64,000 bases of DNA from contig PHSQ01000004.1 in NCBI GenBank assembly GCA_002862095.1, forward strand, positions 56,261 to 120,260, written 5' to 3'. This document shows, one piece after another, positions 46,290-56,726 of the stretch. Positions within the stretch are counted from its first letter, which is position 1, and each line of letters opens with the position of its first letter. The position numbers were made by a program, and so were the translations under genes. Below the pieces are notes generated by a model. The model had not been told where the DNA came from. It saw only the letters and a program-made list of their open reading frames with translations, and made no database searches. Source of the DNA: Methylocystis sp. KS32. Its GTDB lineage: Bacteria; Pseudomonadota; Alphaproteobacteria; Rhizobiales; Beijerinckiaceae.

Positions 46290-46982
46290 ATGACCGGAAT
46301 GCGCATCTTGATCATCGAAGACGACAAGGAAGCGAACGCATACCTTGTCAAAGCCTTTCGCGAGCAAGGCCATCTCGCCGACCAGTCGAGCGATGGTTTG
46401 GAGGGATATGCCGCAGCGCGCGAGGGCCAATACGATGTGCTCGTCGTTGATCGCATGCTCCCCAAACTCGACGGATTGTCGCTGATTTCGGGTCTTAGAG
46501 AGCAGAACATAGATACGCCGGTTTTAATCCTGTCGGCATTGGGACAGGTTGACGACAGAGTGAAGGGTTTGCGCGCCGGCGGCGACGATTATCTCGCGAA
46601 GCCTTATGCCTTTTCCGAACTACTGGCCCGGGTGGAGGCGCTAGCGCGTCGCCGAACGGGAAACAGAGGCGAAACAACCGTTTACAGAGTTGGGGATTTG
46701 GCGCTCGACCGCCTCTCTCACGAGGTCACTGTCAGCGGAAAGGAAATCCTTTTACAGCCGCGCGAATTCCGTTTGCTGGAATATCTCATGAAAAACGCGG
46801 GGCAGGTGGTGACGCGAACCATGCTTTTGGAAAACGTGTGGGATTATCATTTCGATCCGCAAACCAACGTCATCGACGTGCATATCTCGCGTCTCCGCTC
46901 GAAAATAGACAAGGGTCGAGAGACGCCGTTGCTGCACACAATTCGGGGCGCCGGATACATGATCCGTGAAAACGCTCGGTAA
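46290..46982 (+). CDS. OmpR-family response regulator
   Basis: ILIIEDD, VDRMLP, GGDDYLAKP, winged-helix C-terminus (NVIDVHISRLR, TIRGAGY). Confidence 0.95.
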   Translation: MTGMRILIIEDDKEANAYLVKAFREQGHLADQSSDGLEGYAAAREGQYDVLVVDRMLPKLDGLSLISGLREQNIDTPVLILSALGQVDDRVKGLRAGGDDYLAKPYAFSELLARVEALARRRTGNRGETTVYRVGDLALDRLSHEVTVSGKEILLQPREFRLLEYLMKNAGQVVTRTMLLENVWDYHFDPQTNVIDVHISRLRSKIDKGRETPLLHTIRGAGYMIRENAR

Positions 46983-48381
46983 ACTCTTCCGGACGACGGC
47001 GTTCAAACTGTCGCTCGCCTATCTGGTGCTTTTCTCCTTCGGCGCTTGGCTAGTGCTTGGCAGCGTGGGTTGGCGCGTGAAAGAGGTGCTCGACGACGAG
47101 ATTTCTCAAACCGTTTACCGCGAAATTCTCGAACTTTCGGAACAATATTCCGAGGGCGGAATCTGGCAGTTGGCGTGGGCCGTGCAGCATCGCGCCAGCA
47201 GGCCCGGCAGTTCGATTTATCTCGTAACGACGGGCACTGGCGAGGTGATCGCCGGCAACATAGACGCGTCGCCCTTACTGCCCGCCGAAACCGGCGAACT
47301 CGTCGAGACCACCTATCAGCGAAGCGGAAATTCGGCCGACGAAGGGTCTCATCTTGCTCTCGCCCGTCTCTTTCTGTTGCCCGGCGGATACAGGTTGCTG
47401 GTCGGCCAGGATATCGAGGATCATCGCGTGCTGCGCCAAATTCTGCGGCACGGCTTGGGAACTTCCTTGTTCTGGCTGGTGCTCGTTGGTACGATGGGCG
47501 GGCTCTTTGTCGCTCAACGGCTCATCGAGCGCGTGGATATCATGTCGGCGTCGGCGCGACGCATAATGGCCGGCGACCTTGATCAGCGCCTTTCGGTGAC
47601 CGGAACGGGGGACGAACTCGACCGATTGGCGGAAAACCTGAATGCGATGCTGTCGCGCATCTCCGAGTTGATGGTGGGATTGCGAGAGGTTTCCGACAAT
47701 ATTGCCCATGATCTCAAGACGCCGCTCACACGTCTCCGCAATCGCGCCGAGGAGGCCGTTCGCGCCGACGCCAAGCCGGAAGAATATCGCGCGGCGCTTG
47801 TCGCGATCATTGATGAGTCCGACGGGCTAATTCGCGTATTCGATGCGCTCCTGATGATCGCAAGAGCCGAAGCCGGTTATTCAAGCGACAACATGAGCGT
47901 CGTGGACGTTAGTCAAATAGCAAGCGATGTCGTTGAGCTGTTTGAGCCGGTCGTCGAAGAGCGCGGAGCAAGGCTCGAACACGTTCTCGAGCCGGAGCTC
48001 ATGGTGGAGGGGAATCGGGAGCTGCTGGGGCAGGCCATCGTCAATCTCGTCGACAACGCGATAAAATATGGGTTTGAACGCGAAAAGCCGGTGATCGAGG
48101 TTGACGCCCGGCGCACGGATAATTTTATTGAAATCACGGTCGCGGATCATGGTCCCGGCATCCCTCCGGAGGATCGCGAAAGAGTGACGGGTCGATTTAT
48201 CCGCCTTGAGAATTCTCGCTCGCGGCCGGGTTCCGGACTTGGGCTATCGCTGGCCGCGGCAGTGGCGGGCTTGCATCATGGGACGCTTCGCATCGAGGAT
48301 AACGCGCCAGGACTGCGAGTGGTAATTTCATTGCCGATGCTGCGGCCGCCTAAAAGCGAATCTCTCTCCGAACGTAAATGA
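46966..48381 (+). CDS. HAMP-domain sensor histidine kinase
   Basis: Two TMs, HAMP (GDELDRLA), H-box IAHDLKTPL, N-box NLVDNAIKY, DHGPG, GSGLGL. Confidence 0.95.
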   Translation: MKTLGKLFRTTAFKLSLAYLVLFSFGAWLVLGSVGWRVKEVLDDEISQTVYREILELSEQYSEGGIWQLAWAVQHRASRPGSSIYLVTTGTGEVIAGNIDASPLLPAETGELVETTYQRSGNSADEGSHLALARLFLLPGGYRLLVGQDIEDHRVLRQILRHGLGTSLFWLVLVGTMGGLFVAQRLIERVDIMSASARRIMAGDLDQRLSVTGTGDELDRLAENLNAMLSRISELMVGLREVSDNIAHDLKTPLTRLRNRAEEAVRADAKPEEYRAALVAIIDESDGLIRVFDALLMIARAEAGYSSDNMSVVDVSQIASDVVELFEPVVEERGARLEHVLEPELMVEGNRELLGQAIVNLVDNAIKYGFEREKPVIEVDARRTDNFIEITVADHGPGIPPEDRERVTGRFIRLENSRSRPGSGLGLSLAAAVAGLHHGTLRIEDNAPGLRVVISLPMLRPPKSESLSERK

Positions 48382-50741
48382 TGGGTTCGCAACGGAAGGC
48401 TTGACGCCGTCGCCGTCCGCATTTTCGATGCGCCGCCTTCGCGTGGGCGCGGAGGTTCTCGAGAAGCGCCTCCCTTGGGGTTCTTGATGGAGAAGCGAGC
48501 CAGCACGACGGTTCCTACGCCCACGCGCGAGCGAAGGCGCAAGGAGCCGCAATGTAAATCCACGAGGGCCTTCGCGATCGCAAGGCCAAGGCCCGAACCC
48601 TTCATGCCATTTTCGAAAACGGCGCGAGATTGTTCGAAGGGCTTGCCCAGTCGCTTCAACGCCTCCCGCTCGACGCCCTGCCCATTGTCTTCAATGTAAA
48701 TATTTACCCACTGGCCGAGCTTTCTGGCGAGCACGCGCACTTTGCCACCGGAGGCGGTGAACTTTACGCTGTTCGAAAGAAGGGCGCTGAATATTTTGAC
48801 GATAGCGTCATGATCGCCCGGACAGGTGAGAGTGGCCGAAACGTTGCAACTGATCTCGATCTGCTTTTCCCGCGCTTTCGTCCGGCAGCGTTGCAAGGCT
48901 TCGTCAATGGCTTTAGCCAGGTTCACCTCGCGTTCGTCCAGCGGCATCCTGCCCGTTTCGAGGCGCGACATATCCAGAATGTCGGAAAGAACCTCGCTCA
49001 GATAATTGCCGCCTTCTTGGATATTCTTGCAATATTCGATATATTTTGGCGAGCCGAGGTCTCCGAAGGGCTGCTCCAGCATCAGTTCCGAAAAGCCAAG
49101 GATCGCATTCAACGGCGTACGCAATTCGTGGCTCATATTGGCGAGAAACTCCGATTTGGCGATATAGGCGGCTTCCGCCTCGGATTTCTGGAAGTGATAT
49201 TGCTCCGCGAGGGAGGCGAGCTGCTGCGCTTGGATCTCAAGCTTTTGGCGGGATTTCATGAGATCGGCGACGCTGGCGGTAAGGTGTCGTTCGGAGAGCG
49301 TCAGGCTCTCTTCGTGACGCTTCAGCGCCGTGATGTCGGCGCCGACGGAAACGTAACCACCATCCTTGGTGCGGCGCTCATTTATCTGCAACCAGCGCCC
49401 GTCGACGAGCCGCGCCTCATATGTGCGTGCGTCTCTCGAATCGATTTGGGGAGAAATTTCGGTTTGCGCCAGTGGCGCGGTGGCGAAGGTCATGACCCGT
49501 TTGTAGCTATCGCCCTGCGCCACGACGTCGCTCGATAGGCCATGCAATTCCAGGAATTTGGAATTGCATGTGACCAGCCTGTTTTGGGCGTCCCATAAGA
49601 CGAAGGCTTCCGAGATGGCGTCGATCGCATCGCGCAAGCGCATGTTCGCGGTGGCGGTTTGCTCGGCGAGGGACTTTTCCTCGGAAATGTCGACCGCGAT
49701 CCCGACGAGATGCTTGCCGGGTTCGCGATCGTTTTCGACCAGTCGGGCTCGCGCGCGCATCCACACCCATTCTCCGTCGGAGTTCTTGATCCGGAGCTCG
49801 ACGTCGACGCTATTGGTTCTCGAATGCGCGACCATTTCGGCCACTTGCGCGAGGTTGGCGTCCTCGGGATGCAGCAGTTCGTTCAGTTCGGCGATCGACA
49901 TACAGCGTCGCTCGGCCCTGCGCCCCAGCATCTCGTGCATGGAATCGGACCAGTAGATTCGACCATGTGGGATATCCCAATCCCAAAGTCCGCAGCGGCC
50001 GCAGGATAGCGCCGTTTCGAGGCGGCGCCGGATGTGATTGTTGACTTTCTCGGCGGCCCGACAGCGTTGCGATTGGCGCAAATAGCCTGCCAGTATGGCC
50101 AGGAGAAGCACCGTGGTGCTCGCGAAAAGCGGCGCGTAACGCCATGCGATGGCGCGCCACTCTTCGAGCACTGCGTCGAGCGGATGGATGAGCGCGACTT
50201 GTCCGTAAGGCGTCGGCAGTTTGCGCACTACCGCGATGGCGGGTGTTCCGTCGGCAAGCGTGACGCGGCTCGCTCCGGCCCCTTCGGCGAATTCCGTGAC
50301 GAGGGGATCTTGTCCTAGGATGTCGGCGAGCGTGAGGTTGGGACGAACCGATTGAGGCCAGGAAGCCATCACTCGGCCTTGCTCGTTTGTGATGATAATT
50401 CGCCGTCCTCGAGCGACATGCCCAGGCGCGAAATGCAATATTGGTTCGCCCGTTGAGGGCGCGTTCTTGGAGCCCTCGATGGCGTCACGCAGTTCGCGCC
50501 AGATGGCTTTCGAGAAAAGCTCGAGATCGACGGATGCGTCGATCACCAATTGCTCATGCACCCTCGTGGTCAAAGTGACGGCGAATTCCCCCAGCGCCAC
50601 GATGCAGACGGCGCAGGCCGCCAACGCCAGACGTCTTAGCCAGAGGCCATCTAATGAAGCGTTGTTATCGTTAGGAAAACTATAGGAGCCCCATACAGTT
50701 TCGGCGTGACTCAACGCTCTGGCTGCGGGTGGGCGCGCCAT
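48276..50741 (-). CDS. pleC: PAS-domain sensor histidine kinase, PleC-like
   Basis: AAGGAG RBS; TM-periplasmic-TM, PAS (GLWDWD..W), PAS-7, FLANMSHELRTPLNAILGFSE, GSGLGL. The gene name rests on architecture and adjacency to pepN. Confidence 0.75.
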   Translation of the reverse strand: MARPPAARALSHAETVWGSYSFPNDNNASLDGLWLRRLALAACAVCIVALGEFAVTLTTRVHEQLVIDASVDLELFSKAIWRELRDAIEGSKNAPSTGEPILHFAPGHVARGRRIIITNEQGRVMASWPQSVRPNLTLADILGQDPLVTEFAEGAGASRVTLADGTPAIAVVRKLPTPYGQVALIHPLDAVLEEWRAIAWRYAPLFASTTVLLLAILAGYLRQSQRCRAAEKVNNHIRRRLETALSCGRCGLWDWDIPHGRIYWSDSMHEMLGRRAERRCMSIAELNELLHPEDANLAQVAEMVAHSRTNSVDVELRIKNSDGEWVWMRARARLVENDREPGKHLVGIAVDISEEKSLAEQTATANMRLRDAIDAISEAFVLWDAQNRLVTCNSKFLELHGLSSDVVAQGDSYKRVMTFATAPLAQTEISPQIDSRDARTYEARLVDGRWLQINERRTKDGGYVSVGADITALKRHEESLTLSERHLTASVADLMKSRQKLEIQAQQLASLAEQYHFQKSEAEAAYIAKSEFLANMSHELRTPLNAILGFSELMLEQPFGDLGSPKYIEYCKNIQEGGNYLSEVLSDILDMSRLETGRMPLDEREVNLAKAIDEALQRCRTKAREKQIEISCNVSATLTCPGDHDAIVKIFSALLSNSVKFTASGGKVRVLARKLGQWVNIYIEDNGQGVEREALKRLGKPFEQSRAVFENGMKGSGLGLAIAKALVDLHCGSLRLRSRVGVGTVVLARFSIKNPKGGASREPPRPREGGASKMRTATASSLPLRTHHLRSERDSLLGGRSIGNEITTRSPGALSSMRSVP

Positions 50742-50948
50742 ATAGAGCTCCTTTTGTTTTGGCAGGCGAAGAAAGCAGCCGTTGCGTTCTCCGATTCGTC
50801 CTCATCTGAATCCGCTCCGGCCGAATTGTCCAGAGGTTAAATTCGAGTAAATGAAGTTCCTCAAGCAAATGAGTCGGTTACGAAAAACGGTTTTATCGTC
50901 GGGGGAGGGCGTCGTCCTCTCCCGACGAAAAAATCGCGCGAAGCAGGC

Positions 50949-53597
50949 TCAGCCCAGCGCGCGCGTTGCAATATCGTTCACGTCTCTCGATAAAGTCGGG
51001 GCGGCTAATACGCGCTTCAGTGCAGCCTCGGCGAGAGAGCGGCGCGCGGGCTCCAACATGCGCCATGTTCGAAGCGCGGACAGGAGTCGGGCGGCGATTT
51101 GCGGATTTTTTGGATCGAGCTCAAGCACGGTGTTCGTCAAAAGCTCATAGCCTGAGCCGTCTAGAGCATGAAAGCGCGTGGGGTTGCCCGCACAGAAGGA
51201 TCCGATCAACGCTCGCGTGCGATTTGGGTTGGCGAGCGAGAAATCGGGATGACGCATCAGCTCATGGACGAGTTTCGTCGTGGCGTCTTCCGGAATGATC
51301 GCCTGCAAGGCGAACCATTTGTCGACGACCAGCGCATCGCCGGCATAGTCTTCATAGAATTGCGCGAACGCCCTTTCACGCGGCTCGCCGCCGGTCAAGG
51401 ATAGCGTGGAGAGAGCGGCGAGGCGGTCAGTCATATTCGATGCGCTGACGAATTGGCGCTCCGCCAGCCTCGCGCCTTTGATTCTGTCGCCCGCGGCGAT
51501 GAGGTCGAGCACGGCGTTTCTCAGCGAACGTCGGCCCGCGCTCGCCGCGTCTGGGGAATAGGCGCCGTTGCTCTCCATGCGGGCGTAACTATCCTCCAAC
51601 GCGGGCAGCAGAGCCGCGCCGAGTTCTTGCCGGAGGGCGTCACGGGCCGAAAAGAGAATGTCCGGGTTTACATTTTCCCCCATCTCGCGCGCGAGATCGG
51701 TCTCGTTCGGCAGCGTCAGAGCGAGCGCGGCAAAGGCGGGGTCGATGTCGTTGGCGGTCAACACGCGCCGCAACGCCGAATAAAAAGCGCTGTCGTCTGG
51801 GGGGCGGGCCTCGCCGCGCAAGGCCGCGACTCGCGCGAAGATTGAACGCAACGCGAGGTTTTGCGCGGCTTGCCAACGATTGAACGGATCGTCGTCGAAC
51901 GCAAGCAATCGCCGTAGTTCTTGGTTATCCGCGGCGGGCTCCAGTCTGACCGGGGCCGAAAATCCGCGCAGGAGTGACAGCGTCGGACGCTCCGGCAGGT
52001 TATTGAAGCGGATGGTTCGTCGTTCGGTGGTGAGTTCGATCAGGCCGCGCGACTTTTCGCTGTTCGTCAGGTCGGTGGTGTCGAGCTTGAATTTTTCGCC
52101 TTTGTCGTCGAATAGCGCCAGGCTAACGGGTATCTGCAGTGGCTTTTTGTCGTTTTGGCCAGGCGTTGGCGGCGTGGTTTGCGCGAGCGTGAGATCGAGG
52201 GTTTTAGCTGCGGGATCGTAATCACTCTCGACATTGATCCGTGGAGTGCCCGCCTGGCTGTACCACGACGCGAAATGAGAAAGATCGCGGCCAGAACACT
52301 CCGCGAAGCAGGAGAGGAAGTCCTCGACCGTCGCCGCCGTACCGTCGAAACGCTCGAAGTAAAGGTTCATGCCGCGCCGAAACGCTTCGTCGCCGATCAG
52401 CGTTTTCAGCATCCGCACGATTTCCGCGCCTTTTTCGTAGACCGTCGCCGTGTAAAAATTGTTGATCTCGCGATAGACGTCCGGGCGCACCGGATGGGCC
52501 AGCGGCCCCGAATCCTCGACAAATTGCGCCAGCCTCAAGGTGCGAACGTCCGTGATGCGCTTGACGGCGCGCGAGCGCTGGTCGCTCGAGAATTCTTGGT
52601 CTCTAAAAACGGTGAGCCCCTCCTTGAGGCAGAGTTGGAACCAGTCGCGGCAGGTGATCCGATTGCCAGTCCAGTTGTGGAAATATTCGTGGGCGATGAC
52701 GGCTTCTATTCCGGCGTAATCGGAATCGGTCGCGGTTTGGGGCGAGGCGAGAACATATTTGTCGTTAAAGATGTTCAGACCCTTATTTTCCATTGCTCCC
52801 ATATTGAAATCAGAGACGGCGACGATGTTGAAAACATCCAAGTCGTATTCGCGCCCAAAGGTCTGCTCGTCCCACTTCATGGCGCGAACCAGAGCGTCCA
52901 TGGCGTAGTCCGCGCGCGACTCCTTGCCGTGCTCGACATAGATCGCGAGCTTGACCTCTCGGCCCGAGGCGGTGATGAAATTGCGCTCGATGTGGCCAAG
53001 GTCGCCGCCGACGAGAGCGAAAAGGTAAGACGGCTTGGGGAAGGGATCGCGCCAGACCGCGAAGTGTCGGCCGCCTGGCAAGACTCCACTTTCTTTCGGA
53101 TTGCCATTGCCGAGCAGGATCGGCGCCTCCTGCTTGTCGGCCTCGATGCGCGTCGTATAGACGCTGAGCACGTCGGGCCTGTCGATGAAATAGGTGATGC
53201 GACGAAAGCCTTCCGCCTCGCATTGGGTGCAATAGGCGGAGCCCGAGCGGTAGAGCCCGGAGAGCTGGGTGTTTTCCGTCGGATTGACCAGCGTTTCGAT
53301 TTCGAGAGTGAAGGGGTTCGCCGGCGGAACATGCAGGGTCAGTCCGTCTGGCGCCGCCTCGTATTCACTGGCCGAAAGATCGCGCCCTTCGAGCTTCAAC
53401 CCGCGCAAGACTAGGCCATCGCCATCGAGCTCCAGGGGGGCCCCCTCCCGCCCCTTGGGGTTGCGACGTATCCGCAGTTTAGCCCGCACCTCTGTCTGCG
53501 TCTTGTCGAGGGAGATATCCAATTCGACCGTATCGATCAGAAAATTCGGGGGCAGGTAGTCGCAAAGGCGAACAGCCTGGGGCGGAGGGTTGCGCAT
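50949..53597 (-). CDS. pepN: Aminopeptidase N (M1)
   Basis: CTQCEAEGFRRIT, GAMENKGL, HEYFHNWTGNR..LKEGLT, VDKWFALQA, NPQIAARL. Confidence 0.96.
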   Translation of the reverse strand: MRNPPPQAVRLCDYLPPNFLIDTVELDISLDKTQTEVRAKLRIRRNPKGREGAPLELDGDGLVLRGLKLEGRDLSASEYEAAPDGLTLHVPPANPFTLEIETLVNPTENTQLSGLYRSGSAYCTQCEAEGFRRITYFIDRPDVLSVYTTRIEADKQEAPILLGNGNPKESGVLPGGRHFAVWRDPFPKPSYLFALVGGDLGHIERNFITASGREVKLAIYVEHGKESRADYAMDALVRAMKWDEQTFGREYDLDVFNIVAVSDFNMGAMENKGLNIFNDKYVLASPQTATDSDYAGIEAVIAHEYFHNWTGNRITCRDWFQLCLKEGLTVFRDQEFSSDQRSRAVKRITDVRTLRLAQFVEDSGPLAHPVRPDVYREINNFYTATVYEKGAEIVRMLKTLIGDEAFRRGMNLYFERFDGTAATVEDFLSCFAECSGRDLSHFASWYSQAGTPRINVESDYDPAAKTLDLTLAQTTPPTPGQNDKKPLQIPVSLALFDDKGEKFKLDTTDLTNSEKSRGLIELTTERRTIRFNNLPERPTLSLLRGFSAPVRLEPAADNQELRRLLAFDDDPFNRWQAAQNLALRSIFARVAALRGEARPPDDSAFYSALRRVLTANDIDPAFAALALTLPNETDLAREMGENVNPDILFSARDALRQELGAALLPALEDSYARMESNGAYSPDAASAGRRSLRNAVLDLIAAGDRIKGARLAERQFVSASNMTDRLAALSTLSLTGGEPRERAFAQFYEDYAGDALVVDKWFALQAIIPEDATTKLVHELMRHPDFSLANPNRTRALIGSFCAGNPTRFHALDGSGYELLTNTVLELDPKNPQIAARLLSALRTWRMLEPARRSLAEAALKRVLAAPTLSRDVNDIATRALG

Positions 53598-53672
53598 CGT
53601 GTCCTCGAAGCTGGAATCAGGAAATCTTGCCGGGAATATAGGCGCAACTTAACGTCGGAGCGAGGCGTGGCC

Positions 53673-55022
53673 TCACTTTCCCGCGAAGGAAACGCGCCAG
53701 ATCGATCCGGCGCCGTCCTCGCTGAACAGCAGCGATCCGTCCTTGGCGACGGCGACGCCGACGGGGCGGCCCCATACATGCCCGTCGTCCAGGACAAATC
53801 CCGTAATGAAATCATCGTATTCGCCGGTAGGCTCGCCATTGGCGAAGCGTAGCCGGACGATCTTGTAGCCGGTGAGCTTGGATCGGTTCCACGAGCCGTG
53901 CAACGCCACGAAGGCGTCGCCTTGGTAGGCGGGAGGGAATTGAGAGCCGTCGTAGAAAACAACGCCAAGCGGCGCGGAGTGAGGTTGAATGAGCACGTCC
54001 GGCGTCGTGACTTTTCCCGCCAAGTCCGTGCGCTCTCCGGCATGGCGCGGGTCTGGATGAGGGCCGATATAATACCAGGGCCAGCCGTAAAACGCCCCTT
54101 CTTTTACCTTCGTGACGTAATCCGGCGGCAGGTCGTCGCCGAGCATGTCCCGTTCATTGACCGCGCACCAGACCTCCTTGCTGCTTGGCCTGATCGCAAG
54201 GCCCGAGCAATTGCGCAGCCCGGTGGCGAATACGCGCCCGTTCCTCCCGTCGGGATCGAGAGCCAGCACTTGGGCGCGTCCTTTCTCGGCGCCCCCCATC
54301 TCTCCGACGACCCCCGTCTTTTCCTCGGCTTGATTTTGCGAAAGGGCGCGCGCCGATAGGCCCTCGGCGACATTCGTTTTCGAGCCGACCGCGACATAAA
54401 GCATGGCGCCATCGGGAGAAAAGGCGATATCGCGCGTCCAATGTCCGCCTCCCGGGGGAAGAGCGGCGATTTTCTCCCTCTCGCCGGACGGCTTGAGCGC
54501 GCCAATGCCGTAAGGATAGCGCAGCACTTGGCTTTCCGTAGCGACGTATAGGTAACGGGGATTCGGCCCTGGCGGGTAAAAGGCTATTCCATATGGCGCA
54601 TCGAGACCTTCGGCGAAAACCTCGTTGATGGCGAGTTTGTCGCCGCTTTCCGACAGACGCAGCGCACGAATCCGCCCGGCGTCGCTTTCGGCGAGGAAAA
54701 TGTCGCCGTTTGGCGCGACTCGCATCGTGCGTGGACCGTTGAAGTCGTGAGCGAGCATCCGAACCTTGAAGCCGTCCGGCGCGTTGGGGCGCGCATCCGA
54801 GGGAAGCGGCGCGATCTCGCTTTGCTTTGCCGCGAGAGAGGTGGCAAAAGGCGGCGGCATATCTTCGACGCCGATCTTATGCCGCACGCCGGGAGAATCG
54901 TCGCGCCAGTCGCCGAATTCGACAGCGCTTGCGCGCTGCTCTTCTCGCGTCGACTGGCCAAACGCGGTGGCGAGAATGACGGCCGCCGACAAGGCTGAGC
55001 CTATAAGCCAGCGATATTTCAT
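53673..55022 (-). CDS. PQQ-dependent sugar/sorbosone dehydrogenase family protein
   Basis: Signal peptide; GHWTR, GLRNCSG, VNERDMLGDDLPPDY, FYGWPW, HSAPLG, HGSWNRS, GRPVGV. Confidence 0.9.
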   Translation of the reverse strand: MKYRWLIGSALSAAVILATAFGQSTREEQRASAVEFGDWRDDSPGVRHKIGVEDMPPPFATSLAAKQSEIAPLPSDARPNAPDGFKVRMLAHDFNGPRTMRVAPNGDIFLAESDAGRIRALRLSESGDKLAINEVFAEGLDAPYGIAFYPPGPNPRYLYVATESQVLRYPYGIGALKPSGEREKIAALPPGGGHWTRDIAFSPDGAMLYVAVGSKTNVAEGLSARALSQNQAEEKTGVVGEMGGAEKGRAQVLALDPDGRNGRVFATGLRNCSGLAIRPSSKEVWCAVNERDMLGDDLPPDYVTKVKEGAFYGWPWYYIGPHPDPRHAGERTDLAGKVTTPDVLIQPHSAPLGVVFYDGSQFPPAYQGDAFVALHGSWNRSKLTGYKIVRLRFANGEPTGEYDDFITGFVLDDGHVWGRPVGVAVAKDGSLLFSEDGAGSIWRVSFAGK

Positions 55023-55343
55023 GACGCCGCTCCCGTTGCATTTGGTTGATGCGTGTCGTCGTGGACGCCGCTTGCCGCGTAGGCGCCACAATGAGCATGC
55101 AAGCATATTGTCATCGCGAACGCCCAAGTAAACAAAATAGAGGGAGGCTCAACATGCGCCGGGACGACTTCCGCCTCGATTAGCGTAATTTAATTTGTCG
55201 GACACAAAAAAGTGGCTGATGGTGCGGAATTCGGGGGCTGAGCGTCCTGTCTTCCGGAGTCGGCTCATGAGGCGCCTGTCGACGCTCGATTAGAGCGCGG
55301 CGCGAGAATTGACAATACTATCAATAAATCGGAGGCCGACTCT

Positions 55344-56114
55344 GTGGGAGATTTGAATACCGCGCTTTATATGAAATTCGAAAATGAGCGGACGCGCGCG
55401 GCGAGCAATCTTCTCGCTCAGGTTCCCGACATTAATCCCAGAATTGTTTACGACCTTGGGTGTGGACCGGGCAACAGCACTCAACTGCTCAGGCGGCGTT
55501 TTCCGTCAGCGTCGGTCATCGGACTCGATAGTTCGAACAATATGCTGCAAGTCGCTCGGAGTCGCGTGACGGGTGCGCAATTCCTCAAGGAGGATATCGA
55601 GTTCTGGCTGCCGCCAAAAGACGTTGACCTGCTCTTCGCCAATGCTTCTCTTCATTTCGTGCGAGACCATTACAAACTCATGGTGCGGCTTGTCTCCTGT
55701 TTGAACGAAGGCGGATGTATCGCCGTGCAAATGCCAAATAACATGCAAGAAGACTCGCATGCGTTGATGCGCATGATCGCGGCGGATGGCCCCTGGGCCG
55801 ATCGCCTCGTGCCGATCGCGAAAACGCGGGCGATCATTGGTCCATCGGACGAATATTATCGTCTGCTTGCGCCAATTTGCTCAAAACTGGATATCTGGCA
55901 GACCACCTATATTCATCCGATCGACACGCCCGATCGTATCGTCGAGTGGTTCGAAGGCGCGGAGTTGCATGCCTTTCTCGAACCCTTATATCCAGAGGAG
56001 CGGGGAGAGTTTTTGGCGCGCTATAGGGCGGCGCTCTCGGAATCCTATGCGCCTCAGCCCGACGGAAAATTCCTGCTGCGCTATCCGCGCCTTTTCTTCG
56101 TCGCGCAGAAGTAA
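55344..56114 (+). CDS. tam: Trans-aconitate 2-methyltransferase
   Basis: Y.KFENERTR, DLGCGPGNST, FANASLH, AVQMP, LLRYPRLFFVA. Confidence 0.92.
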   Translation: MGDLNTALYMKFENERTRAASNLLAQVPDINPRIVYDLGCGPGNSTQLLRRRFPSASVIGLDSSNNMLQVARSRVTGAQFLKEDIEFWLPPKDVDLLFANASLHFVRDHYKLMVRLVSCLNEGGCIAVQMPNNMQEDSHALMRMIAADGPWADRLVPIAKTRAIIGPSDEYYRLLAPICSKLDIWQTTYIHPIDTPDRIVEWFEGAELHAFLEPLYPEERGEFLARYRAALSESYAPQPDGKFLLRYPRLFFVAQK

Positions 56115-56207
56115 CGACGCGCAAATCCGGGAGAGAAATCGGCCGTGACCATTACGATTTATCATAATCGGAATTACGAATTACGGAATTACGGAATTAC
56201 AATTACC

Positions 56208-56414
56208 AATTACGGCGACACGTCCGTCTTTCCCCTTTAAATAGCCGATACAACTCATAATCACCCGCCTCGAAAAAAAACACGGTTGCGCGACGATTGC
56301 CACGCTGGGCGACATGATGCGGAAGGCGGAGGACAACGATAGGGGCGATGCGGGTCATATATTCTCGGTAGCATCGAACAGATATAAGGTAAATACGGTC
56401 GTGTCACCGTAATT
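56208..56414. repeat. ~205-bp direct repeat, copy 1 (MITE-like)
   Basis: Begins AATTACGGCGACACG, ends CGTGTCACCGTAATT (TIR); differs from copy 2 by 6 substitutions and an A8/A5 indel. Confidence 0.92.
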
Positions 56415-56726
56415 GGGAAAAAAGCCTTGAATGTGATCCCTGTTGCTTGTTAACGTGTCGCACAGAGGCATGTCCGTGTCCCCATTCGGCGGGTGATTCG
56501 TCACTGAAACACCATAACCGAACGGGCTGCGGACGGCTTCGCTGCCTCTCATTCAGGCAGAAAAATTCATCGCGGCGCCGCCGTTTTGCAAGTCGCTCTA
56601 ATGGCAAAACGCCAGCGTTCAAACGTTGTTAAACAACTCCCTTGCTGCCGTGTTAGGTCGATAGCGGCGATGTTAGGGAGACAAGAACCTGATGCCTTAT
56701 AACGAGTTAGCAGCCAGGAGTACGCC

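Noticed and set aside
56314-56412. 32-codon ORF (MMRKAEDNDRGDAGHIFSVASNRYKVNTVVSP) inside each 205-bp unit
   Set aside because: No clear RBS and no family recognised; its presence in both copies simply reflects the duplication.
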